Below the pieces are notes generated by a model. It worked only from the letters and a program-made list of their open reading frames with translations. It searched no databases and was not told the origin of the DNA. Position numbers and translations under genes: made by a program. From an uncultured Actinomycetes bacterium (GTDB lineage Bacteria; Actinomycetota; Acidimicrobiia; IMCC26256; DASPTH01), in contig CAWAKX010000015.1 in the NCBI GenBank assembly GCA_963782705.1, positions 10,342 through 74,341 of the forward strand: 64,000 bases of DNA. Direction: 5' to 3'. Shown here in pieces: positions 29,714 to 41,679 of the stretch (positions within the stretch are counted from its first letter, which is position 1; each line of letters opens with the position of its first letter).

Positions 29714-30925
29714 TCAGGACGTGATGATCACCGGCATCGCGTCCCAGCCGCGGGCGGAGTTGGAGATCACCCGGAACACGGTGTGCTCCTCGTCGACCTC
29801 CCAGTCGGGGAACCGGTCGAGCACCGCCTCGAGCCCGACGCGCGCCTCGAGTCGCGCCAGCGACGCGCCGAGGCAGAAGTGGGCGCCGTACCCGAAGCCG
29901 AGGTGGTGGCCGATGGTGCGGTGGATGTCGAAGCGGTCGGGGTCGGCGAACATCCGCTCGTCGTGGTTCGCCGACCCGCTGAGGAACAGGATTGCGCTCC
30001 CCTCGGGCACCGTCTCGCCGTAGAGCTCGACGTCGTGGCCCACGTAGCGGGCGATGATCTGCGCGACGCCCTCGTAGCGGATGATCTCCTCGATCGTGTT
30101 GCGCACGAGCGACCGGTCGGCCGCCACCTCGCGGCGCGCGTCGGGGTGGTCGCCGAGGAGCTTGCCCATCCAGCCGAACACCCGGTTCGTGGTCTCGTTC
30201 CCCGCACCCGCGAGCACGGTGAGGTAGGTGAGGACCTCACTGCGGGTGAGGGTGCGCGTGGTGCCGTCCTCGTCGACGAACTCGGTGGTGATGAGCTGCG
30301 TCATCACGTCGTCGGACGGGTGCTGGTAGCGCCAGTCGACGTAGTCGGCGAACATCTCGCCCGCGAGCGACATGTGGTCGACCTCGGGGACCTCGCCCGG
30401 CTCGCTGCGCATCGAATCCTCGAAGTGGTCGCGCACCGCCTCCTGGTCGGACTCGGGGATGCCGAGCAGCATCGAGATCACGCGCATCGGCAGCTCGAGC
30501 CCGAGGTCGGCGACGAAGTCGAACCGGCCGGCCTCGCGGGCCTCGTCGAGCCGGCGGTCGCAGAATGCGTGCACCTTCGGCTCGAGGCCGGCGATCTGCC
30601 GCGGGGTGAAGAGCCGCGAGAGCATGGCCCGGTAGATGCCGTGGACCGGGGGGTCCTCCATGATGAGGGTGCCCCGCGGGATGTCGATCTCGCCGCGGCG
30701 CACCGCCTGGATGGTCTCGAGCAGCACACCCTTGCTCGAGAGGAAGTTGTCCCGGTCGACCATGCCGTGTTCGCAGTCGTCGAACCGGCTCAGCGCGTAG
30801 AAGTCGTAGCGCTCGTTGTAGTAGAGCGGCGCCTCGTCGCGCAGCCGACGGAACACGGGATACGGGTCGAGGTGGATCGCCTCGTCGTACGGGTCGTAGT
30901 AGACGTCGGACAGGGTCTGCGTCAT
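29714..30925 (-). CDS. Cytochrome P450
   Basis: AGNETT, EEIIRY, FGYGAHFCLG heme motif. Confidence 0.95.
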   Translation of the reverse strand: MTQTLSDVYYDPYDEAIHLDPYPVFRRLRDEAPLYYNERYDFYALSRFDDCEHGMVDRDNFLSSKGVLLETIQAVRRGEIDIPRGTLIMEDPPVHGIYRAMLSRLFTPRQIAGLEPKVHAFCDRRLDEAREAGRFDFVADLGLELPMRVISMLLGIPESDQEAVRDHFEDSMRSEPGEVPEVDHMSLAGEMFADYVDWRYQHPSDDVMTQLITTEFVDEDGTTRTLTRSEVLTYLTVLAGAGNETTNRVFGWMGKLLGDHPDARREVAADRSLVRNTIEEIIRYEGVAQIIARYVGHDVELYGETVPEGSAILFLSGSANHDERMFADPDRFDIHRTIGHHLGFGYGAHFCLGASLARLEARVGLEAVLDRFPDWEVDEEHTVFRVISNSARGWDAMPVIITS

Positions 30926-31032
30926 GGTCTGGCACCTCGGGCGTCGTTCGCGGGTTCGACTGCGGTTCCGTCGTGCACAGACCTTCGCACCCTCCGGTCG
31001 GTCGTACAAATTCCGGCAGCGGTGGCGCCGGA

Positions 31033-32369
31033 TCAACCGTCGGCCGCGGGCAGCCGCTCGGCCTCCGTGTCGGCGCGGGCCTTCATCGCCTGAGCGTCCT
31101 CGGGCCGGAGACCGCCGCTCGCGACGAGACGGTCGACGGCGTCGCACCACCGCCGCACGAACACCTCACGCGACGGATAGAGCGCGCGCAGCTCGTCGGG
31201 GGTGAACGGCTGCGACCCGCCGAACAGCGGCATGTACCCCGTCCCCATGGCCATCCCGCGGTGCTCGTGGGTCGGCGCCTCGAGATCGGGGAGCCGCACG
31301 CCGCCGATCGCGTTGCCGAACGCGTCGCGCGCGACTGCCGGTCGTGGCCCGTCGACGAGCTGGATGCGCGGCTGGTGCGGCGCGGGGATGCCGTCGGCCA
31401 GCCAGTGGTGGAGCTGCCGCAGCGCGGACTGGAGCACCGGCTGGTACGAGAGCGGGTTGGGGATCACGCCCTTCTCGTCGGGCGTCGCCTTCCCGGGCCA
31501 CACGCCGTGCGGGGTGCCCGCCACCTCCCACAACCGGCGGGTGTCGTGATCGTCGACGGCGAGACCGGCGAGGGGCAGCGCCTCGAACTCGCTGTTCACG
31601 ATCACCGTGGGCGTGTCGAGGTCGTCGCGCAACGTGGTGGTGACGTAGTAGAAGTCCTCGCCGCCGGCCATGAGCCGCGGCGCGCGCCCCTCCCACACCG
31701 ACAGCAGGAAGCCGTCGATCACGCGGGTGAGCGGGTGCACGCCGTTCGCGTACGCGACGAGCCGCATCGCCGACTGCGACCCGCCGGTCGCGATCACGCG
31801 CTGCACGTCGAGCCCGCCCAGCGGATCGACGTCGCCGCTGCGGCTCGGGCCGCACGCGCGCGCGGCCTGCGAGAAGATCTCGAACGAGCCGGGGTCGCCG
31901 GGGTGGCGCAGCGGTCCGTACCGCTCGGGATCGGACGTGCCGCAGCGGTTGGCCGCCGCCCATGCCCCGCCGCATGAAGGAGCCGTCGATGCCGACCTCC
32001 TGGGCCGACACGCCGACCCACGCGTACCCCGCGAAGACCTCGTCGCCCGGGCCCAGGCTCCCCATCTCGTAGCCCGCCGACACGTTCTGCCAGTTGAGGA
32101 CGACGGTGCCGTTGAAGGCCGACGCCTCCCGCGGGCGCACCACGAGGATGCGGGTGAGGTAGCCCGCCGTCGAGCGGGGCGCGGCGTCCCAGCGGCCGTC
32201 CTCGGTGTAGTCGGCGTCGGGCGAGGAGGTCGTAGGCGATGGTCGTGCCGCCCAGGTAGAACTCCTCGACCACGTAGCCGAGCGCGTCCACGTCGACGCG
32301 GGGCGCGCCGGCCGGTGGGTTGGTCCCCGACACCGGCTCGATCACCTCGGGGACCACTGCGTCCGTCAC
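31033..32369 (-). CDS. Alpha/beta hydrolase domain protein (frameshifted)
   Basis: YVVEEFYLGG, FNGTVVLNWQNVSAG, GGSQSA nucleophile elbow, GNAIGGVRLPDLEAP. Confidence 0.75.
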
Positions 32370-32456
32370 GCCCGGGCCTCTCGCACGCGAGGAGTCTGTC
32401 CGACGCGACGACGCGCCACCACCCGAACCGGCCGCCTGATCAACTGGCGCCGGCGC

Positions 32457-33317
32457 ATGCCGCCGCTAACGTCGACGGCCGTGCCGAACCCGGAGACCTT
32501 CCCGTTCGCCCACCGTGGCGGTTCCGACGACGTCGAGGTGCTGCTGTCGCTGCTGCGCCCGCAACCCGTCGGTGGTGACCGCTACGCGATCGACATCAGC
32601 GCCCATGTCGAAGGGCACCTCTTCGGTGGCCTCGTCGCCGCGCAGGCGCTGCACGCGGCCTACGAGACGGTCGACGAGCCGCGCTGGGCGCAGTCCGCCC
32701 ACGCGTACTTCCTCCGGCGCGGCCGCCCCGAGCTGCCGATCGAGTTCCAGGTGCACCGCGACACCGACGGCCGCTCCTTCTCGGCCCGCCACGTCGTCGC
32801 CACGCAGGAGGGCGCGCCGATCTTCCGCATGATCTGCTCGTTCCACGTCCCCGAGGAGACCGCCGAGGTCCTCCAGCCGCTGCGCGATCCCGTGCCGCTC
32901 GACGAGACGACCTACTTCGAGACGGCCAACGCGCTCAACGGGTACTTCGACGTGCGCCGAGTCGTCGCCGAGGGCCCCGAACCGATCGACCGCCGCGTCA
33001 CGGGACGACTCTGGGCCCGGGTGGCGGGCACGTTGCCCGACGATCCGCGTCTGCACGACTGTCTCGTCGCGTACGTCTCCGACCTCGGGTCGCCGTGGAA
33101 CATGGAGGCGCCCGCGCACCTCACCGTGTTGACCAGCCTCGACCACGCGGTGTGGATCCACCGGCGCACGCGCCTCGACGAGTGGCACTACATCGACCTC
33201 GAACCGGGTTCACTGGCCGACGCCCGCGCGCTCTACGCCGGCCGGGTGTGGCACCACGACGGCACGCACGTCGCGTCGATCGCCCAGGAGAACCTGGTCC
33301 GGCCCTCGCCCGACTGA
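32457..33317 (+). CDS. Acyl-CoA thioesterase II (TesB family)
   Basis: LFGGLVAAQAL, HAYFLRRG, DGRSFSAR, AYVSD, SLDHAVW, IAQE. Confidence 0.9.
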   Translation: MPPLTSTAVPNPETFPFAHRGGSDDVEVLLSLLRPQPVGGDRYAIDISAHVEGHLFGGLVAAQALHAAYETVDEPRWAQSAHAYFLRRGRPELPIEFQVHRDTDGRSFSARHVVATQEGAPIFRMICSFHVPEETAEVLQPLRDPVPLDETTYFETANALNGYFDVRRVVAEGPEPIDRRVTGRLWARVAGTLPDDPRLHDCLVAYVSDLGSPWNMEAPAHLTVLTSLDHAVWIHRRTRLDEWHYIDLEPGSLADARALYAGRVWHHDGTHVASIAQENLVRPSPD

Positions 33318-33379
33318 CGAGCGCCCACGTCCGCGCCCTCCGCACGCGAGGCGCGCGATCCGGACTACGGTCCGCCACG

Positions 33380-34546
33380 ATGAGGGACAGGGTCGCGATC
33401 GTCGGCGTCGGCTTCTCGACCATCGGTCGCGACACCGGGCTCGGTTACAAGGAGCTCGCCACGCAGTCGGTGCGCGCCGCGCTCGGCGACGCGGGGATGA
33501 CCGCGGCCGACGTCGACGGCCTCGTGCTCCACCCGGTCGGCCAACCCGAGCCGTGGGGCGAGAGCGCCGACAGCTCCATCAACGTGTTCCTCGCGTCGCA
33601 GATGTGGGGCATGACCCCGCTGAATTTCTACGCGCCCGCGCCCAGCAATTTCGGCGACGCGGCGAACGCGGCCATCGGTGCCGTGCGGGCCGGGTACTGC
33701 CACACCTGCATCGCGGTGCACCCGTGCCGCACCGCCCGCCGGAAGCCCGCGCCCGGCGCGGCGCGCCCCGCCGCACCCGTCTTCGCGGGCGACATGCAGT
33801 TCTCCGCGCCGTACGGGCTGCCCGGCGGCGCGGGCATCATCGCCGGGCTCACGATGCAGCGGTACATGTCGCTCTACGGGACCACCCACGAGCAGTTCGC
33901 CGCGCAGCAGGTCACCTCGCGCTACCACGCGAGCCTCAACGAGGACGCGATCTTCCGCGACCCGATCACCGTCGACGACTACCTCGCGTCGCGGTGGATC
34001 TCGCGACCCGCCCGCCTGCTCGACTGCGACTACCCGTGCGACGCGAGCAGCGCGGTCATCTTCACCACCGAGGAGCGCGCCGCGAGCTGGCGGGCGAAGC
34101 CGGTGTTCGTGGAGGCCGCGGCGATGGCCGCGATGCACACCACCTGGGAGTACCTCGACGACATCCTCGGCGGTGCGGTGGAGGTGTGTGCCGACACGCT
34201 GTGGTCGCGCACCGATCTCCGGCCTGCCGACGTCGACTGCGTGCAGCTCTACGACGGCTTCTCCGTCATCGCCCGCACCTGGCTCGAGGTCCTCGGCTTC
34301 TGCGGCCGTGGCGAGTCGGGCCCGTTCATCGAGGAGGGTCACACCCGGCTCGGCGGCTCCATCCCGATGAACACCGACGGTGGTGTGTGCAACGTCGGCC
34401 GGCGCCACGGCGGCAGCCACTGCATCGAAGCCGTGCGCCAACTCCGCGGCGAGTGCGGCGTGCGCCAGGTGCCGGGCGCCGAGGCGTCGATCTTCACCGT
34501 GGCCCACGGACCGAACTGCCACGCCGTGCTGCTCACCGCGTCATGA
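33380..34546 (+). CDS. Thiolase-superfamily (SCP2/Ltp2-like) protein
   Basis: AIVGVG, LLDCDYPCD, QLYDGFS, NTDGG...HG..EAVRQLRG. Confidence 0.9.
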   Translation: MRDRVAIVGVGFSTIGRDTGLGYKELATQSVRAALGDAGMTAADVDGLVLHPVGQPEPWGESADSSINVFLASQMWGMTPLNFYAPAPSNFGDAANAAIGAVRAGYCHTCIAVHPCRTARRKPAPGAARPAAPVFAGDMQFSAPYGLPGGAGIIAGLTMQRYMSLYGTTHEQFAAQQVTSRYHASLNEDAIFRDPITVDDYLASRWISRPARLLDCDYPCDASSAVIFTTEERAASWRAKPVFVEAAAMAAMHTTWEYLDDILGGAVEVCADTLWSRTDLRPADVDCVQLYDGFSVIARTWLEVLGFCGRGESGPFIEEGHTRLGGSIPMNTDGGVCNVGRRHGGSHCIEAVRQLRGECGVRQVPGAEASIFTVAHGPNCHAVLLTAS

Positions 34547-34585
34547 CGTTCACGACGCGTGCGACCGGCTCCCGAGGAGGCGTCG

Positions 34586-35012
34586 ATGGCTGACGGGGTC
34601 CCGCCGCCGCTGCCGACGCCCGACGACACCAGCCGGTTCTTCTGGGAGGGCGCCGCCCGCGGTGAATTGCTCGATCCAGCGCTGTGCCGACTGCTCGCGG
34701 TTCGTGCACCCGCCGCGTCCGGTGTGCCCGGAGTGTCTGTCGACCGACCTCGCGCCCGAACGAGTGTCGGGCCGGGCCACGCTCTACACGTGGACGATCG
34801 CGGAGCAGGCGTTCCACCCGTACTTCGCCGACAAGCTGCCGTACGTGTACGCCACCGTCGAGCTCGCCGAGCAGGCCGGGCTGCGGCTGATCACCAACGT
34901 GGTCGACTGCCCCCACGACGAGTTGCGCGCGGGCATGGCGCTCGAGGTCACCTTCACCCCGCTCACCGAATCGGTGACCCTCCCGAAGTTCCGGCCGGCT
35001 GAAGCCGGCTGA
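34586..35012 (+). CDS. DUF35 Zn-ribbon/OB-fold protein (frameshift)
   Basis: FFWEGAARGEL / IQRCADC..HPPRPVCPEC, SGRATLYTWT. Confidence 0.9.
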
Positions 35013-36106
35013 TCAGGTCGCGAACGCGCCGCGTGGCGCGGTGATCGGCAGGTCGAGGGAGCTGAGCAGTCCGGGCGGGGCCTCCACCACGTAGGGGACG
35101 GCGTTCACCACGCGCATCGCGGTGGCGACCATCGCGCCCGCGCCCGACGTCATCCCGGTGATCCCGAGCCGCGCCGCGTCGTCGACGACCATGCCCATGT
35201 CGCAGGTGATGTTCGGGTCACCCTCGATCTCGACGCGGTACGTGACGGGGTGGGGGCCGGTGGGCCAGTGCGGCGCGAGGTCGGGAGCCATGCGGGTCAC
35301 GTGGTCGAGGATGATCGCGTCCCGTCCGTCGACCACGCCGATCACCTGGATGCGCAGCGCCCCGCAGGTGCCGGCGGGGATGGTGCCGCACGCGACCTCG
35401 AGGTCGCGATCGGTGGGTTCCCGTTCGTACACGACGCGCAGGTCCTCCACCTCCACCTCCAGCACGTCGGCCACGTAGCGCACCTGGCCCGCCCAGCTGT
35501 GGAGGATCGCGTCGGGGTTGGAGAAGCCCGACTCGAAGTCGAGCGGGCGCCCGAAGCCCATCCCGTCCATCATCGTGGAGGCGATCGGGTAGTCGTCGTA
35601 GAGCCCGATCTCGTACGAGTGCACCGAGCGCACCGAGATCGACTGCGTGGTGAGCAGGATCGGGAGCTGGTCGGCGGCGAACCCCGGCTCGATCCCCGAC
35701 GCGTAGAACGACGCGCCGCCGGCCTCCGCGGCGGCGACGATCTTGTCGCGCGACTTCGCCCGGTAGGTCGGCGGGTACACCGCGCCGATCGCGGAGGTCG
35801 ACACCACGTTGATCCCGGCGCCGGAGGAACCGTTCGTAGTCGGCGACCGCGGCGGAGTCGCGTGCACCGGCGGTGTAGACGATGCAGTCGGGCGCCAGCG
35901 CGATCAAGGAGTCGGCGTCGTTCGTCGCCGGCGACGCCGATCGGCACCCCGTTGGCCAGTTCGCCGGCGTCGCGCCCCACCTTGTCCGGCGAGTGGACCC
36001 ACACGCCCACGAGCTCGAGTCCGGGTCGGCGCACGATGGCCGGGATGGCCACCGACCCGATCCCTCCGGTCGACCAGACGACGACGCGCAACGGCTGTTC
36101 GCTCAC
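35013..36106 (-). CDS. Dihydrodipicolinate-reductase-like NAD(P)-dependent oxidoreductase (frameshifts)
   Basis: VVVWSTGGIG, KVGRDAGEL, SGIEPGF, ATAMRVVNAVPYV. Confidence 0.82.
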
Positions 36107-36239
36107 GGCATCCCCCCGGTCTCGTCGCGGACCTCTGGCCGCGCGGAGGCTAGTGGTCGCCCCGGATTCGCAGTTGGCCACGCCGCGCCATACTGCTGGT
36201 CGTCCTAGCGCCCGGTCCGTTGCCGACGAGGTCTCCCGG

Positions 36240-37365
36240 ATGGATGTCCAGCCCGCTGCGTTCCTTCGGACGACGCTCCCGCTCGACCTCGGCGGCCTCG
36301 AGGAGATCGACAGCGGCCGGTACCACTCGGTCTGGCTCCCCGACCACCTGGTCAGCTTCTGGCCCGACTCGATCTGGACGCCGGAGTTCACCGACCTCGC
36401 GGTGACGTCGCCCTCGCCGCACCGCTATCTCGACAGTCTGGCGGTGGCCGGCGCCGTGGCCGTGTCCACGCAGCGGGTCGGCATCGCCACCAGCGTCGTC
36501 GACACGGTGCGCCGGCACCCCGTGTCGCTCGCGCAGTCGGCGCTCACGCTCGACCACCTCTCGCGGGGCCGCTTCATCCTGGGTCTGGGCAGTGGCGAGC
36601 TCGAGAACACCGTGCCGTACGGCTTCGAGTTCGACCGCCCGGTCGCGCGTTTCGCGGAGGCGCTCGCGGTGATCCGCCTCCTCTGGGAGCACGAGGGTCC
36701 CGTCGACTTCGACGGCGAGTTCTTCCGGCTCCGGCGTGCCCGGCTCGACACCGAGCCGTTCGGAGGTCGCTGCCCGCCGATCTGGATCGGGGCGAACGGA
36801 CCGCGGATGCTCGAGCTCGCCGGGCGCTACGCGGACGGATGGTGGCCCGCCGACATCTGGTCGCCGGACGACTACGCCGAGAAGTTGACGACCCTGCGCG
36901 CCGCCGCCGAGCGGGCCGGTCGTGATCCCGACGCGATCACCCCCGCCTTGATCATCACGTGTTTCGTGGGCGACGACGACGAGTTGGCCGAGGTCGTGGA
37001 GGCCCCGCTGGTCAAGGCGTACGTGATGCAGATTCCCGCGACGGTGATGCGCGCCCACGGTCACGAGCACCCGCTGGGCGACGACTGGCGCGGCTTCCAC
37101 GACATCGATCCTTCCTCGATGACGCGCGAGCGGGTCCTCGACATGCTGGCCCGGACGGATCCGCAGGCCATCCTCGACGTCGTGCCCCATGGGTCACCGC
37201 AGCGAGATCGCCCGCCGCCTGGCCGAGTACTGCGACGCCGGGCTGCGGGTGCCGAAGATCCTCGACTACTCCGGGATGGCGGGCGTCGAGTTCGCGACGC
37301 GCTCGGCCTCCCGGGTGCGGGAGGCGGAGGACGAGTTGCTGCGACTCCGGGGGGCGCGCCGGTGA
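36240..37365 (+). CDS. LLM-class, probably F420-dependent oxidoreductase (phthiodiolone ketoreductase-like)
   Basis: WLPDHL, VDTVRRHP..LAQSALTLDHLSRGRFILGLGSGELEN, GPRMLELAGRYADGW. Confidence 0.85.
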
Positions 37366-38521
37366 CCCGCGTGCTCGACGCGGACGAGCTCCTCGCCGAT
37401 GCCCAGGCGGCGACCGGGTGCGCGGAGTGGGGCGACCCGACCTTCCCGGATCGATTCCGTGTCGCGGTGGACGTGATCCGGGCCGCGCTCGTGGGCCCGG
37501 GGGGCGAAGGGGCGGCGGCCGTCAACTGCTCGTGGCTCCTCACCGACCGGCTGCGGTTCATGGCCGACCACGAGCGCCTCGACCTCGGGGCCGAACCGGT
37601 GGAGCATCCACTCTTCGTCACCGGCGCGCCGCGATCGGGCACCACCTTGTTGCACGCGCTCCTCTCGGTCGATCCCGCGGCACGCGCGTTGCGATTCTGG
37701 GAGGTGATGCATCCGTCGCCGCCACCCGGCCCGGCCCCGCCGACGATCCCCGCCGGGCGCTCGCCGACGCCGAGTGGCGCGAGATCAACGAGAAGCTGTC
37801 GGCCTGGCTCGTGTGCCATCCGTACAACGACATGCTCGGCAACGGCCTGCCCGAGTGCGAGCGCACGTGGGCGTTCGACTTCCGGGTGCTGACGCCGACC
37901 GCCTGGTGGCGGGTGCCGATGGGCATGGTCGTGGGTGGCCTGCCCGCGGATCCGCATGCGCAGTACGCCATCCACCGGAAGATGCTCCAGGCGATCCAAC
38001 ACGGGCGTCCCGACCGCCGCTGGGTGCTCAAGGGGTTCCACGGTCCCCGCCTCGACGCGTTGTTCGCGACCTACCCCGACGCGCGAGTGCTCTTCATCCA
38101 CCGCGATCCCGTGCAGGTGACCGCGTCGCGCATCGCCATGGCGGCCAGTCTCCACGAGGGACTCGTCGGCGAGTTCGATCATGCCGAAGTGGCGCGCGTC
38201 CACCTCGCCGCGAGCCGGATGGAGTTCGCGGCGACGCTCGAGAACCCGATGGTGGCCGACCCTCGTGTCCACCACGCCCACTACGCAGATTTCATGCGCG
38301 ATCCGATCGCGGTGGTGCGTGACTACCTCGAGTTCGCCGACCAGCCCTGGACGGCCGATGCGGAGACCGCGATGCGCGGGTATCTCGCCGCGAACCGGGG
38401 TGACCGGTACGGCAGGTTCGTGTACACGACCGACATGATCGGCGAGGACGTGGCGACACTGCACGAGGAGTTCGCGCCCTATCGCGAGCGGTTCGGCATC
38501 GAGATCGAACGGCGGGGTTGA
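37362..38521 (+). CDS. Sulfotransferase family protein (frameshift ~37740)
   Basis: PAPS loop FVTGAPRSGTTLLH, RWVLKG, FIHRDP. Confidence 0.88.
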
Positions 38522-38526
38522 CGACG

Positions 38527-39333
38527 ATGCACCCGCGCCTCTCCGTCGACCAGCTGTGCTTCCCGGAGGCGACGCTCGCGGAGTTCGTGGGGGAGTGCCG
38601 GGATCTCGGGGTCGACCGCGTCGTCCTCACCAGCCCCGGCCTCCTCGCCGAGGGCGGCCTCGACGCCACGCGCGCGGCACTCGGGACCGCCGGTCCGCAC
38701 CCGGTCGCCATCAACCATCCGTTCGCGATCGCGCCCGACCTCGAACGCGACGACGGCGCGGTCGCAACCTTCGTGAAGTTGCTCGGCATCGCGGCGGAGC
38801 TCGACGTGCCCACCGTGTACGTGCTCACCGGCGGACGGGGGCGACTCTCCTGGGAAGCCGCGGCCGACCGGTTCTCGACGCTGATGGCGCAGGCGCTCCC
38901 GGTCGCGGAGCAGCACGGGATCTCCGTCCTGCTCGAGAACGCCAATCCGCTGTACGCCGACATCCACATCGCGCACTCGTTGGTGGACGCGCTCGAGCTC
39001 GCGGAACGCAGCGGTCTCGGACTGTGCCTCGACCTCCAGTTCTGCTGGGCGGAGGGTGGGCTCGACGCCCTGCTCCGACGGGCGGTGCCGCGGTGCGGGC
39101 TCGTGCAGGTGAGCGACTACGTGCTGGGCGACCGCTCACTCCCGGGCCGCGCGGTGCCGGGCGACGGAGTCATTCCGCTGGAGCAGATCCTCGACGTCCT
39201 CCTCTCCGCGGGCTACGAGGGAGTGTTCGACATCGAGCTGCTCGGACCCCGGATCCAGGAGGAGGGTCCGCGGACCGCGGTGCGCCGCACGGCCGACCAC
39301 GTCGGCGCGATCCTCGACCGGCTCGGCGCATGA
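38527..39333 (+). CDS. Sugar-phosphate isomerase/epimerase TIM barrel
   Basis: LLENAN, LCLD, VQVSD, VPGDGVIPL, FDIELLG. Confidence 0.85.
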   Translation: MHPRLSVDQLCFPEATLAEFVGECRDLGVDRVVLTSPGLLAEGGLDATRAALGTAGPHPVAINHPFAIAPDLERDDGAVATFVKLLGIAAELDVPTVYVLTGGRGRLSWEAAADRFSTLMAQALPVAEQHGISVLLENANPLYADIHIAHSLVDALELAERSGLGLCLDLQFCWAEGGLDALLRRAVPRCGLVQVSDYVLGDRSLPGRAVPGDGVIPLEQILDVLLSAGYEGVFDIELLGPRIQEEGPRTAVRRTADHVGAILDRLGA

Positions 39334-39370
39334 ACAACTCGGAGCCCGGGCGGGGCCCACGAGCGAGGAG

Positions 39371-40609
39371 GTGTCCGTGGCCTTCGGCGACGGTCGGGAC
39401 GACGCGGCGCTCGCCGCGGCCTGGGACACGTTCTGCACCCGCCTGCGCGAGGCCGGGCGGCAGGCCTTCAAGGACAGCAACGCCGCGTCGCCGTTGTTGC
39501 GGTCGGACGCGTTCCGCCACCTGACCCAGAACCTGGGCCAGGCGTTCGATCTCGCGCTCGAGAGCCGCGACCCCCGGTTCCCCGTGATCCACCAGTTCTG
39601 CACGCCGTTCCGCAAGCTCGGTGGTGACGCCGCCGACCTCGCGTACCAACAGGCATGGATCGACGGTGACTCCGTCTACCGGATCTGGGGGGAGGCGGGC
39701 ACCGCGCGCTTCTTCAACATCACCGTGCACGGACCGCGCCCCGCGACCGACGCGTCGGGCGCGCCGTCGATCCACGAGCCGTTCGGCGACGTTCCCGAGG
39801 CGAACCTGTTCGGCGACGAGATCGCCGTCGACCCCGACGGTCGCTTCGAGGTGATCGTCGGCGGCGCCTCCCGCGCGTCGAACTGGCTCCCGACCACGGC
39901 GGGCTCCCGCAAGCTGTTCATCCGGCAGGGCTTCGACGCGTGGGCCGAGGAGCCGTGGCGGCTGCGCATCGAGCGCCTCGGGATGGACTCCCCGCGTCCG
40001 CTCCCGACGCCGGCGGTCATGGTCGAGGCGATGGACTGGGCCGGGGAGTTCCTCACCGAGCTGATGGAGCAGTGGCCCGACCACCGCTACGAACACAGCG
40101 GTGGCTGGATCGATCCCGACGTCGTCAACGCGTTCCCCGTGCTCGAGAGCGACGACCCCGCCGACGCGCAACGCGGTCGGGCGGTCGCGATGATGATCTG
40201 GAAGCTTGCGCCCGACGACGCGCTCGTGGTCGAGTTCGACGCGACCGACGCCTTCTGGATGGCCTCACTCGGTGGCGTCTTCATGAACAGCTTCGACTAC
40301 CTGTACCGGTCGGTGAGCTTCACCCCGTCGCGCGCGGCGGTCGACGACGACGGTCGGGTGCGCCTGGTGCTGTGCGCCGACGATCCCGGTCTCCACAACT
40401 GGCTCGACACCCAACGTTTCGAGCAGGGGATCCTCGCCTTCCGCACGATGCGCCGCCCGTCGGGTCCCGAGTTGCGGACGCGAGTCGTCCCGCGCGCCGA
40501 GCTCGCGTCCGCGCTGCCGCCGACGAGCCGTCGGGTGGATGGGGACGAGCGTCGCGCGCAGTTGCTCGAACGCTTCCACGCGATCCTGCGCCAACGAGTC
40601 GCCCTCTGA
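39371..40609 (+). CDS. DUF1214-domain protein
   Basis: KLGGDAADLAY, YRIWG, LFIRQ, NSFDY, DPGLHNWLDT. Confidence 0.75.
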   Translation: MSVAFGDGRDDAALAAAWDTFCTRLREAGRQAFKDSNAASPLLRSDAFRHLTQNLGQAFDLALESRDPRFPVIHQFCTPFRKLGGDAADLAYQQAWIDGDSVYRIWGEAGTARFFNITVHGPRPATDASGAPSIHEPFGDVPEANLFGDEIAVDPDGRFEVIVGGASRASNWLPTTAGSRKLFIRQGFDAWAEEPWRLRIERLGMDSPRPLPTPAVMVEAMDWAGEFLTELMEQWPDHRYEHSGGWIDPDVVNAFPVLESDDPADAQRGRAVAMMIWKLAPDDALVVEFDATDAFWMASLGGVFMNSFDYLYRSVSFTPSRAAVDDDGRVRLVLCADDPGLHNWLDTQRFEQGILAFRTMRRPSGPELRTRVVPRAELASALPPTSRRVDGDERRAQLLERFHAILRQRVAL

Positions 40610-40636
40610 CCCGACGCGACCGGAGTCGCGGAATCG

Positions 40637-41525
40637 TCAGCCCGGGGTGGCCAACGGGCGGATCAGGCCCTCCTGGGCCACGCTGACCGCGAGCGCACCG
40701 TCGGCCCGGAAGACCTCGCCGCGCGTGAACGCGCGCGCGTGCCCCGCGGTCGCCGTCTCCACCCGCAGGAGCAGCCACTCGTCGGCGCGCAACGGCCGGT
40801 GGAACCACATCGCGTGGTCGAGGCTGGCGACGAGGTGCGTGGTGGGATCGCCGTGCAGCGGCGGCCCGAGCACCGTGGTGCCCGAGCATCGGCTTGTCCG
40901 ACGCGTAGGCGACTGCGGCCTGGTGCAGCAGTTGGTCGTCGGGCAGGCGCGATCGGGTGCGCAGCCAGATCTCGCGCACCCGATCGTGGACCTCGCCGTG
41001 GCCGTTCGGCGGGGCCGGCCGGAACGTCGACGGGTGCTGGCGGAACTCCACGGCGTCCACGAAGTACGGGGCGACGGTCGGGTCGCTCGGCTCGGATCCG
41101 GCGAGGCGCCAGTCGTCGATCTCGACCATCTCGTCGGGCGGCGGGACCACCGGAGCCGGGGGCAACAGCTCGGGGCCCGATTCCCCGACGTGGAACGACG
41201 CGGTCAGTACGAGCAGCGGGCGCGAACCCTGGGTGGCGCTCACCCGGCAGCTGCTCACGGCCGCGCCGTCCCGGATCGGTTCCACCGAGTAGTCGATCGC
41301 CTCCCGCGGATCACCGGCCTTCAGGAACGACGCGTGCACGGCATGGAGCACCCGGTCGGGGCCGAACGAACGCCCGGCCGCGATCAGCGCCTGCGCCACG
41401 ATCTGGCCGCCGTAGACACGCAGTCGGTCGGTGGCCGCGGCCCGGCTCCGGAACCGGCCCGCGCCGGTGTTCGTGAGCTCGAGGAGGTCGAGGAGCGCGT
41501 CGACGGGGTCGGACACCGGGGGCAC
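40637..41525 (-). CDS. Acyl-CoA thioesterase II (TesB family), frameshift
   Basis: VYGGQIVAQAL, AYASD, ASLDHAMWFHRP, VAQEGLIR. Confidence 0.9.
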
Positions 41526-41679
41526 GCTAGGCCAACTGATGCCCTCGGACCCTGCCGTCGGTGGAGGCCGCGGGCGTTACCATTCCGGTGACGGTCGACG
41601 GAGCGCAGCGCACGCAGCGTCGCGCGGAGTCGCGCCCCGACCGGGTTCACCCCTCATCCGAGCACCAGGCGGTAGCACC

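Noticed and set aside
35250-37892. Apparent LLM-sulfotransferase fusion (880 aa)
   Set aside because: Produced by a frameshift at ~37200; the LLM C-terminus and stop (37365) lie in another frame.
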